Positions 23,764 through 31,465 of a DNA stretch of 64,000 bases are shown here, in pieces (position 1 is the stretch's first letter; every line of letters starts with the position of its first letter). The stretch is from Actinomycetes bacterium. Its GTDB lineage: Bacteria > Actinomycetota > Acidimicrobiia > Acidimicrobiales > Bog-793. The position numbers and the translations under genes were made by a program. Location: the NCBI GenBank assembly GCA_021838945.1, contig JAKCCH010000002.1, positions 6,441-70,440 of the forward strand, read 5' to 3'. Below the pieces are notes generated by a model. That model made no database searches, was not told where the DNA came from, and saw only the letters and a program-made list of their open reading frames with translations.

Positions 23764-26327
23764 GGGTCGTGTGCAATTCCTGATCGGGCGATCTCGATCT
23801 CGGCGCGGATCTCGCTCATCCGGCGCCGCAGCGACCGCGCTCCCACATCGGCGTCACGACCGAAGGCCGAGGCCTCGGCGGTGATGCCGCAGCTCTCGCG
23901 GTAGGACTCGAGCAGCCCGGCGCCAAGGCGCCACAACCGGCGGGCTTCCGGCTCGCGTTGCACGGGCCCGAGCTCGGCCACGAGGTGCGGCGCCCGCACA
24001 ACCTCGGCAGCGCGGGCGAGAGCCCCCATGGGGTCTCTCGTCGCTCCTACGGCAACGACGACGTGAGTCCGCTCGAGCTCGGCCAGCCGTGTCGCGCTCA
24101 TGGAGAGAGGGGCCGTCCCGCCGATCACGACGACGGCTGGTGGCCGGTGATCGAACCTGCCTCGGTCCCGGTGCGAGCTCGCAAGGCGGGCGGAGACCTT
24201 GCTCGCCGGGAGGACCATGAGCGAACCGGGTTCCCGTGCATGAGCCCGCGGGTCCGGGGTGGGCACGCCGGCCGGCACACCGACTACCGGTTGCTTCGCC
24301 GCCAGCGCGGCCTCGACGTGCGCGACGAGGGAGTGGTCCGGCAGGACGAGCAGCGCGTCGCGTCCCTGCTCCTGCTGCTCGATGGCGTGGCGCATGGCGG
24401 CAGCGCACGCCGCTTCGAGATCCGGAGCGAGCTCGACCGACAGGTTCGGACCGAGTGAGCGCGGTGCAGCTGGCTCGAGGGAGGGGGCGGTGCCGGCAGT
24501 GGTAGCCGCGAGTCGTTCGGGCTCGGGTCGCCAACCGTCGATCGATGCGATCCGGGGTGCCTCGGCCTGCACGACCTCGAGCATGCGGGCCGCCTCGAGC
24601 GCGTGCTCGGCGGCGAGCAGCACGGGCTGTGCACCGCGGAGCCGGCATGCCGTCATGACATCTGCCACTTCCGCCTCCAACATCGAAGCGCAGTCCGCCA
24701 GGACGACCACGTCGCCACGACCGAGATGTGGCACGACTGACCTCGCCTCCCTCACCGGGAAGGACTCGACTCCGGTCGACGCCTCGAAGCGCGCGGCTGC
24801 CGCCGGGCCGACCGCAAGGGCGACGACCCGACGTTCGCCTGGTGCGGCTGCGCCGCCTGGGCCGTTCGCACCACTCGGGTCACCGGTGATGCCTCCCTCG
24901 ATCCCAGGCGGCCGTCCCGCCAGTCGAACGACCGCAGCCAGTGCGCCGGCGCGTCCGAGGGGTCCTGCTGCGTCGTAGGTGAGCACGCTCGCGGCAGTCT
25001 CCCGAGCGAGTGAGCCGAGCCGGGAGGCCGACTCCTGCAGCAGCTCCTGCTGCGCGACCGTCGTGTAGCGGTCGCCGTCTGCCTGGAGCACGTCCGGACG
25101 GGCGAGAGCTCGGTCGACAGCGATGACGGCCGCGCCGATGCTGATGCCTTCGGAGAGCGATGCACAGCGTGCGATCAACAGGTCGTGACGAGTGAAGGTC
25201 CCGTCACCGCGGCCGGCGGCCGCGCCGAGCCACTCGAGGTCGCCCTCCGCTCCCGGATGCTGCACCTCCGGCACCGGCGCGGTCCTCTGCACAGCCGGCG
25301 CAGCCGGCGCGTCGCGGCGCTCGATGTGCGCCGCGTCCGCCTCGGGCGCCGTGCTGGCCCCGCCTGCGGCCAACAGGTGCAGCGCCGGCTCGAGACCGGC
25401 CGCTCGATCGAGGCGGCTCTGCGACAGACCGCAACGGTGGGCGAGCTCGCGCCACTCCTCCTGAAGCTGCTGGTACGGGCGGGACCGATCCTTCTCCGGG
25501 CGGATCTGCCTCGCGATGGCCGCCGCCTCCTCCGGCCCTTCGAGCCCGGCAGCCGCCATGTGGAGCCCGATGAGCTCGCTCTGGCGGGAGAAACGACGAA
25601 TCGTTCCGACATCGATCCCCACCACGTCCGCAAAGTCGCGCCTCATCGGACCGAAGCGCATGCCGATCGCCGTCAACTCCTTCCGCAGGTGCGCCTCAAA
25701 CAGCACCTTCGCGACACGTTGGCTCCGGTAGATGCGGCGGCTGTCGAGGGATCTCCACCGGTCGTCCACCCCACACGCCACGTTCGCGATGACGAGGTGG
25801 GTGTGAAGGTGCGGGTCGTTCGCCCTGCTCGTCCTGTGCGGGAAGGCGACGCCGACAGCACCCCGCGTCCCGAGGAGCTCGCGGCGCCCGCCCGGCCGTT
25901 CGCCGCGCAACCCGGCCGGGACGACGGCACGCCGCCCCGTCCGGAGCACCTCGTCCTCGAGGAACCGGAGAGTCGCCACCACGGCTGCCTCCTTCGCGGC
26001 GCCGATGCGGTCGGAGGCCTCAGGGCTCGCCAGCGCGTGCAGCAGCGACACGGACTTCGGTGTGGACAGGACGACGTCGAAAGCAGCGATCGTGCGACGC
26101 GACTGCCACTGAGGAGACAGCGTCTCGCCCGAGGTCGGGTCGATGCCGTGGAGGAGCCGCCGGACCTCTTCGAGGATCGGACTGCCGCGCAGGCCGAGCT
26201 CGAGTGCACCTTGCCCGATCCAGTACGGGTCGGGCTCGATCAGCCCGTCGGGGAGGTCTGTCGTGGCCCTCAGGGTCGAGAAGTAGTAGCCCTCGCCCCC
26301 GGGCCTGATGGGTGAGACCTTGAGCAT
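23694..26327 (-). CDS. MOBF (TrwC/TraA-type) relaxase with a degenerate C-terminal helicase-like region
   Basis: ATG at 26327. The N-terminus MLKVSPIRPGGEGYYFS has paired Tyr residues. The His triad is FPHRTSRANDPHLHTHLVIAN. The rest aligns loosely with RecD-like/AAA_30 parts, but there is no GK[ST] anywhere. The best P-loop remnant is AAGPLGRAG and the best Walker B remnant is VVVLADCASM. Confidence 0.75.
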   Translation of the reverse strand: MLKVSPIRPGGEGYYFSTLRATTDLPDGLIEPDPYWIGQGALELGLRGSPILEEVRRLLHGIDPTSGETLSPQWQSRRTIAAFDVVLSTPKSVSLLHALASPEASDRIGAAKEAAVVATLRFLEDEVLRTGRRAVVPAGLRGERPGGRRELLGTRGAVGVAFPHRTSRANDPHLHTHLVIANVACGVDDRWRSLDSRRIYRSQRVAKVLFEAHLRKELTAIGMRFGPMRRDFADVVGIDVGTIRRFSRQSELIGLHMAAAGLEGPEEAAAIARQIRPEKDRSRPYQQLQEEWRELAHRCGLSQSRLDRAAGLEPALHLLAAGGASTAPEADAAHIERRDAPAAPAVQRTAPVPEVQHPGAEGDLEWLGAAAGRGDGTFTRHDLLIARCASLSEGISIGAAVIAVDRALARPDVLQADGDRYTTVAQQELLQESASRLGSLARETAASVLTYDAAGPLGRAGALAAVVRLAGRPPGIEGGITGDPSGANGPGGAAAPGERRVVALAVGPAAAARFEASTGVESFPVREARSVVPHLGRGDVVVLADCASMLEAEVADVMTACRLRGAQPVLLAAEHALEAARMLEVVQAEAPRIASIDGWRPEPERLAATTAGTAPSLEPAAPRSLGPNLSVELAPDLEAACAAAMRHAIEQQEQGRDALLVLPDHSLVAHVEAALAAKQPVVGVPAGVPTPDPRAHAREPGSLMVLPASKVSARLASSHRDRGRFDHRPPAVVVIGGTAPLSMSATRLAELERTHVVVAVGATRDPMGALARAAEVVRAPHLVAELGPVQREPEARRLWRLGAGLLESYRESCGITAEASAFGRDADVGARSLRRRMSEIRAEIEIARSGIAHDPQRPRGREPARSAREIGGRGLSM

Positions 26328-26388
26328 GGCATCACGCTGCCAAACGCCCTTACCGTTGGATCTCCCGGAGGACTCCCGCTTGCTTACC
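26328..26388 (-). promoter_or_regulatory. Upstream element GGTAAG-N6-GGAGTC-N16-GGTAAG-N21-ATG, partner of 22260-22320
   Basis: The minus strand reads GGTAAGCAAGCGGGAGTCCTCCGGGAGATCCAACGGTAAGGGCGTTTGGCAGCGTGATGCC, then ATG. The first 24 nt are 19/24 identical to 22260-22283. Confidence 0.55.
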
Positions 26389-26406
26389 GGCCTTTCCGAT
26401 GCGCTC

Positions 26407-28503
26407 TCACCTCGGTGCGGCTGAGTTGCCGTCCTCGTACCGCCGTAGCGCCCGACGAGCCGCCCGCGCCGCGATCTCCACGAGCTCGGGTGGTGACAGC
26501 ACCTCTGCGCCGGGACCGAGGCGGAGCATCAGCCATCCGAACCAGCCCTCGGCATCACCGACGAGGATGTCGGTGGCGAGGCGTCCGTCGCCGAGCGGCT
26601 CGATCGCCGAAGCGGCGTACTGCTCGACCCCGAGGGCGGACTCCGGTGCGAAGGCGATCCGCGCCCGCACTGAGTCCGGCCCGCCGACGAACGCTTCCGG
26701 CCCGGTGAGCGATTCGTCGAGCTCGGCCGGCGGCTCGAAGTGCTCCCCCGTGCCGCTCACTGCCCGGATGCGGTCGACCTGGAAGCGCCGTTGATCGTCG
26801 ACGAGATGGCACCATCCGTCGAGGTACCAACGCCCCTCGCGGAGCACGACCTGGTACGGGTCCACCTGGCGGCGGGTCGGCTCGGTCGCAGCGCTCGAGA
26901 AGTACTCGATCTCGACGCGCTCGCGACGCTCGACCGCCTGTTGCAGCACGCGGAGGAAGGCCGGCTGCTCGACGTCGACGGAGAGACGCGCCTGCCCGAG
27001 CACGGCCTCCAACTTCGCGAGCGCTGAACGCAGCGCCCCTTCCTCGTCCGCACCGGCGACCTCCGTCAGAGCCTTGGCAGCCGCCGCGAGCGCGAAGCCC
27101 TCCTCCGGCGTGAGGCGCCGGGGTCTGGCGAGATGCCCCAGCCCGAACGCCGAGACGTGGTCACCGTCGACGATGAGCTCGATCAGCTGATCAGGCGTGT
27201 AGGGCGGCACTCCGCAACATGCGGCCAGCTCGAGGTCGTGGACGAGCTCGGCCTCGTCCATGTCGAAACGCTGCGCGATCTCGCCGATCCCCGCCTCCCC
27301 CACTCTCGCAAGGTGGACGAGGACGGCAAGCAAGCGGCGGAGCCGCTCTCCCGCCACCAGCCCTTGTGCGGGTGTGCGGCGGCGACGTGCGCCCGGGATC
27401 CTGCCCCCGGGAGAGCCGCCAGATGAAGCGCCCGAGGAATTGTGGTGGGGCGCGCCAGCTGCCATCGGCTCTCTTGCGAGGCCGTCCTTGTCAACCCGAG
27501 CATCCTTGCCCCTGGGGCGGCGCCCTTCTCGTGGAGATCGGGATGAGGGACGACCGCCCGACTCGGCTGCCTCGACCAGGTGCTCGACGACGAGCGCACG
27601 AAGTCGCTCCGGACCGAGAACGACCGCAGTGTCCCCGAGGCCCGAGACCCACGAGACGAAGGCTCGCTCGTCGGCGATCGGGAGGCGCAACCGCACCGAA
27701 CCCTCGGCCTGCCACTCGGCGATCGCGCTCGCCGGGACGAGGGACGCCACGTGGCGTGCCATGCGGGCGTCGACCACGACCTCGGCCACCGGGAGGTCCT
27801 GCGAGCCGGATGAGCCGAAGGGGAGCAGTTGGATCTCCGAACGCAGGTCGAGATCGGCCGGAGGTGAGAACGCGCCCGATTCCCCGAGCTCTGGCCGCGT
27901 CTCGAGGCGATCCACCCGGAACGTCCGCATCGCACCGCCTTCGCCCACCGTGCGGTCCTTCGCGACGAGGTACCAGGCGGCCTGGCGGAAGGTGAGCCCA
28001 TATGGCTCCACCTCCCGTTCCCGACCGCGGTAGCGGAACCTGAGGAGTGCGTTGCGCCGGAGCGCCTCGTGCACGGGCCCGAGCGCAGGCACGGACGGGA
28101 GGACCGCGACAGGTGCCTCGAGCCGTGGACCTGTTCCGTGGCCGAGGGCCGAGAGCGCGTCCCGCCCGGCGTTGCCGCCGAGCTGCACCGCCGCCACCGC
28201 GAACGCCAACGCCTGCGCCTCCGCCTCGTTGAGGTCGAGGTCCGGCAGGTAGTAGTCCTCGGGTCGCACGACGTAGCCGACCTGCTCCTCCGCGTTGATC
28301 GGCACACTCGTGATCGGGATGCCGAGATCGCGAAGCGCCCGCTTGTCGCGCTCGAAGGCCTGGCGGGCGGTCTCCTTGCCCCCGGGGTAGCCCTCGACCC
28401 GAGCCGCGATCTCGCGGAGGGAGAGCGGCTGCTCCGCGTCGAGCAACACGAGCATCAGGTTCGTGAGCCGTTCGAGACGGTCGGGGCGCGGCTCAAAGGC
28501 CAT
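26407..28503 (-). CDS. pafBC: Fused double HTH-WYL-WCX regulator (PafB-PafC fusion-like)
   Basis: 698 aa in two tandem units. Unit 1 has a wHTH (RLERLTNLMLVLLDAEQPLSLREIAARV) and a WYL domain (RFRYRGREREVEPYGLTFRQAAWYLVAKD). Unit 2 follows a basic/Gly-rich linker and has LRRLLAVLVHLARVGEAGIGEIAQRF and EIEYFSSAATEPTRRQVDPYQVVLREGRWYLDGWCH. Confidence 0.75.
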   Translation of the reverse strand: MAFEPRPDRLERLTNLMLVLLDAEQPLSLREIAARVEGYPGGKETARQAFERDKRALRDLGIPITSVPINAEEQVGYVVRPEDYYLPDLDLNEAEAQALAFAVAAVQLGGNAGRDALSALGHGTGPRLEAPVAVLPSVPALGPVHEALRRNALLRFRYRGREREVEPYGLTFRQAAWYLVAKDRTVGEGGAMRTFRVDRLETRPELGESGAFSPPADLDLRSEIQLLPFGSSGSQDLPVAEVVVDARMARHVASLVPASAIAEWQAEGSVRLRLPIADERAFVSWVSGLGDTAVVLGPERLRALVVEHLVEAAESGGRPSSRSPREGRRPRGKDARVDKDGLAREPMAAGAPHHNSSGASSGGSPGGRIPGARRRRTPAQGLVAGERLRRLLAVLVHLARVGEAGIGEIAQRFDMDEAELVHDLELAACCGVPPYTPDQLIELIVDGDHVSAFGLGHLARPRRLTPEEGFALAAAAKALTEVAGADEEGALRSALAKLEAVLGQARLSVDVEQPAFLRVLQQAVERRERVEIEYFSSAATEPTRRQVDPYQVVLREGRWYLDGWCHLVDDQRRFQVDRIRAVSGTGEHFEPPAELDESLTGPEAFVGGPDSVRARIAFAPESALGVEQYAASAIEPLGDGRLATDILVGDAEGWFGWLMLRLGPGAEVLSPPELVEIAARAARRALRRYEDGNSAAPR

Positions 28504-28525
28504 GCCGCCGATGGTAGGTGCCGTC

Positions 28526-29152
28526 TCAGATGCCGAAGTTCGACTTCTCCACCGCAGCGACTGCGTCAGCGGGACCGTCCAGCTCCACCTTGGCGACCGA
28601 CTGCCGCCCGAACAGGTACAAGGTGAGCTCCTGGGGGCTTGCGGTCATGGTGACCTTCGGGGCTCCCGGGCGAGCCGTGATCGAGCCGTACCCCGGTGCC
28701 ACGAGCTCGAGGCCGGCCCCACGCACCCGTCGCGCGAGCAGTCGTGCACCACGGCGGAGCCTTGCCCACAGGGCGTCATCGAGCTGCTTGTCCTCCCGGG
28801 ACCCCGGGTTCTCGTCGCCGGCACGGCGGACATCTTCATGGTGCACGAAGTACTCGGCGGTGTTCACCTGCTCGTCGAGCAGCTTGAAAGGGAGGGGCGG
28901 ACCGGATCGGACGCGGCGGATGAGGCCTTCGTAGCCGTAGGTCCGTTTCGCCGAGTCCATGGCCGACTGCGTCAGGCCGGCAAGCGGGCGCACCACCATG
29001 CCGGCGCCCGCCCACGGTCTTGACTCACGAACGAAGAGGTGGGCGGCCAGGTCAGAGGTGACCCACCCTTCGCAGAGGGTCGGCGCGAGCGGTCCCTTGT
29101 CCTCGAGAAGGGAGCAGAGCGCCTGGCGTTCTGACTGCGCCACGCTGGTCAT
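28526..29152 (-). CDS. DinB/YfiT-like protein (mycothiol-dependent maleylpyruvate-isomerase N-terminal domain family)
   Basis: In-frame ATG 29152 (MTSVAQSERQALCSLLEDKG...). CEGWVTSDLAAHL and FVHHEDVRRA are typical of the actinobacterial DinB-like families. The 25-codon upstream extension is Arg/Gly-rich. Confidence 0.65.
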   Translation of the reverse strand: MTSVAQSERQALCSLLEDKGPLAPTLCEGWVTSDLAAHLFVRESRPWAGAGMVVRPLAGLTQSAMDSAKRTYGYEGLIRRVRSGPPLPFKLLDEQVNTAEYFVHHEDVRRAGDENPGSREDKQLDDALWARLRRGARLLARRVRGAGLELVAPGYGSITARPGAPKVTMTASPQELTLYLFGRQSVAKVELDGPADAVAAVEKSNFGI

Positions 29153-29237
29153 GACTTGCACGGTACCGCCGGCGGTGCCGTCGCGTGGCCCACCCGGCCG
29201 GCGGCCGCGGCGGCGCCGCAGCCGCATCGGCGCCGGC

Positions 29238-29765
29238 TCAGCCCCGGCCCGCCAGCACCCCTCGCTCGTGGGCGAGCAGCTGCTCCTTCAGCGCGATCCC
29301 GCCTCCGAAGCCGACGAGCTTCCCGTTCGAGCCGATCACGCGGTGACACGGGAGCACGATCGGGAGCGGGTTGCGTGCGTTCGTCGCCCCGACGGCGCGG
29401 AACGCCGTCGGGTGGCCGACTCTCGCCGCCACCTGCCCGTACGTTGACGTCTCGCCGTAGGGGATCTGACCGAGCGCGAACCACACCGAGCGCTGGAACG
29501 GCGTCCCGCGCGGATCGAGGGGCAGCTCGAACTGCAGCCTCTCGCCGGCGAAGTACTCCTTCATCTGCTGCTCCGCCTCTGCCACGGCGCCCGGGCGTCC
29601 TTCCCGCTCGTCCTCGAGCGTCTCGCGCACCTCCTCGGTCGCGTTCGGCAGCAAGACGTGATGCAGCTCATCCTCACTTCCTGCCAGCAGCATCTCGCCA
29701 TACGGCGTGTCGACGACCCACCACTCGTCACCCTCCACCATCCATGATGTCGTGTCCCTGCTCAT
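29238..29765 (-). CDS. ogt: Methylated-DNA-protein-cysteine methyltransferase
   Basis: ATG 29765 overlaps the upstream stop (ATGA). The active site is IVLPCHRVIG. The DNA-binding part is FQRSVWFALGQIPYGETSTYGQVA. 175 aa. Confidence 0.9.
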   Translation of the reverse strand: MSRDTTSWMVEGDEWWVVDTPYGEMLLAGSEDELHHVLLPNATEEVRETLEDEREGRPGAVAEAEQQMKEYFAGERLQFELPLDPRGTPFQRSVWFALGQIPYGETSTYGQVAARVGHPTAFRAVGATNARNPLPIVLPCHRVIGSNGKLVGFGGGIALKEQLLAHERGVLAGRG

Positions 29766-31339
29766 GCCACGTTCTCCTCGTCTCTCTCGGCCCTCGTCGC
29801 CTGCGTCATCTGCTCGAGGGGACCTCGCGCAGCGCCGTCCCCGGCACTGCCGAGCGCTCCCGACCACACGTACTGGAGGGCGTAGGCCCGATACGGCCGC
29901 CACCGCTCGCCCATGGCGGTGGCAGAACGCTCGTCGCCGGGCAGACCGGCGCGCTCGAGGGCGCGCCGAACACCGAGGTCGCTCGGCAGGTATGCGTCCG
30001 GATCCGCCAGCGCCCGCATCCTCACGTACGCGATGGTCCACCGACCGATCCCGGGAAGCTCGAGGAGCCGGGCGCACGCCTCCTCGCGGTCTGCACCAGG
30101 ATCCAACCTCACCTTCCCGAACGCGAGCGCATCCGCGAGCCCGATCAACGCCTTGGCGCGGCTCACCGGCATCGGGAGGTCGGCAGGTGACAGGGAGGCG
30201 ATGGTCTCGGGGGACGGGAAGGTCCGCTCGATCCCGAGTCCTTCGGGCAACCGTGACCGGATCGAATCCGGGAGCGGTGCTCCGTACCGGGAGGCGAGCC
30301 GTCCCGCCAGCGTCCTCGCACCGGCGACGCTGACCTGCTGGCCGAGAACGGCGCGCACGGCCAGCTCGTCGCCGTCGACGTGGCCGGGGACTCGCAAGCC
30401 GGGGCGCCCCGACACCGCCCTCGCCAGGATCGGGTCGCTCGCCAGCACCTCGGCGACTGCCGACGGGTCGGAGTCGAGGTCGAAGAGCTGCCGCAGCCGC
30501 TTGACGGCGCTGTTCAGGTCCCGCAAGTCCTCGAGCCACAGAGTGGCGCGACACCAGGTCTCGCCGTCGACGGGCGCTCGCACGTCCGCCACCCCCGCAC
30601 CGTTCGGCAGGCGCAACGACCGGCTGTAGCGCGATTCGTCTCCCGCTTCGACGCCCGGCACGGCCCGCGCCGAGAGGAACCCCCACAGCTGCGCGCCGGC
30701 GAGCGGTGGGCGGAATGCGAGACGAAGGGTCACGGCGCCGCCAGAGCCCGGGGCGAGCCCGACCGCAGCTCCCGGCCGCCGCGCCGCACGGGCCCGCAAG
30801 GCGGTCGGCGTCTCGGCGAAGACGGCGAGCACCGTGTCGTTGAACTGGCGCACGCTCCCGAACCCGGCCGCGAAGGCGATCTCGGCCGCGCGCAACGACG
30901 TGGTCTCGAGGAGGATCCGCGCAAGTTGGGCGCGCTGCGCTCGCGCCAGCTCGAGCGGGCCGGCTCCGACTTCGGCGACCAGGAGTCGCCCCAGCTGCCT
31001 CGCGCTGTATCCGAGACGCGCGGCGAGCCCCGACACGCCCTCGCGGTCGACGACCCCGTCGGAGATGTACCGCATCGCCCGGCCGACGACGTCACCTCGC
31101 CGGTTCCACTCAGGCGACCCGGGCGCAGCGTCGGGCCTGCACCGCTTGCACGCTCGGAAGCCGGAACGCTGCGCTGCCGCGGCGGTCGGGAAGAAACGCA
31201 CCCGGTCCCGCCTCGGCACGACGGACGCGCAGCTCGGCCGGCAGTAGATGCCTGTCGAGGTCACTGCCACGAAGAACCACCCGTCGAAACGGGCGTCACG
31301 GCTCTGCACCGCCCGGTAGCGGAGATCATCCTCGTGCAT
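29762..31339 (-). CDS. alkA: Ada-AlkA fusion: Ada N-terminal Zn methyl-acceptor domain, AraC HTH and DNA-3-methyladenine glycosylase II
   Basis: ATG 31339 (MHEDDLRYRAVQSRDARFDGWFF); the alternative start is ATG 31390. Zn ligands: YCRPSC...ACKRC. AraC HTH: AAEIAFAAGFGSVRQFNDTV. HhH-GPD part: LLELPGIGRWTIAYVRMRAL. The gene order with ogt is the same as in the mycobacterial alkA-ogt pair. Confidence 0.85.
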   Translation of the reverse strand: MHEDDLRYRAVQSRDARFDGWFFVAVTSTGIYCRPSCASVVPRRDRVRFFPTAAAAQRSGFRACKRCRPDAAPGSPEWNRRGDVVGRAMRYISDGVVDREGVSGLAARLGYSARQLGRLLVAEVGAGPLELARAQRAQLARILLETTSLRAAEIAFAAGFGSVRQFNDTVLAVFAETPTALRARAARRPGAAVGLAPGSGGAVTLRLAFRPPLAGAQLWGFLSARAVPGVEAGDESRYSRSLRLPNGAGVADVRAPVDGETWCRATLWLEDLRDLNSAVKRLRQLFDLDSDPSAVAEVLASDPILARAVSGRPGLRVPGHVDGDELAVRAVLGQQVSVAGARTLAGRLASRYGAPLPDSIRSRLPEGLGIERTFPSPETIASLSPADLPMPVSRAKALIGLADALAFGKVRLDPGADREEACARLLELPGIGRWTIAYVRMRALADPDAYLPSDLGVRRALERAGLPGDERSATAMGERWRPYRAYALQYVWSGALGSAGDGAARGPLEQMTQATRAERDEENVA

Positions 31340-31465
31340 GCGAGCCAGTATCCCAGCAGGGTGCGCGCCCGTCTGGCGGAAATCGGACATGCACGTGGGT
31401 GGCGGCGTGCGTGACGGCGAGCTCGACCTTTTCGAGGCGATCTGGGACGCGCGAGATTTACGGCC

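Noticed and set aside
22321-28503. Considered calling this an integrative conjugative element, a prophage or a genomic island.
   Set aside because: I saw no integrase, excisionase, transposase, tRNA target, VirB4/mating-pore genes or flanking direct repeats in the window. Codon style looks native. I report it as an orphan module instead.
28504-28525. GGTAGGT in the 22-nt spacer upstream of the PafBC-like gene, similar to the CCGGTAGGT repeats at 22279-22302. I considered these as possible att-like direct repeats flanking 22.3-28.5 kb.
   Set aside because: Only a 7-mer is shared. Its orientation relative to the adjacent gene is opposite, and there is no extended similarity. It is compatible with chance.
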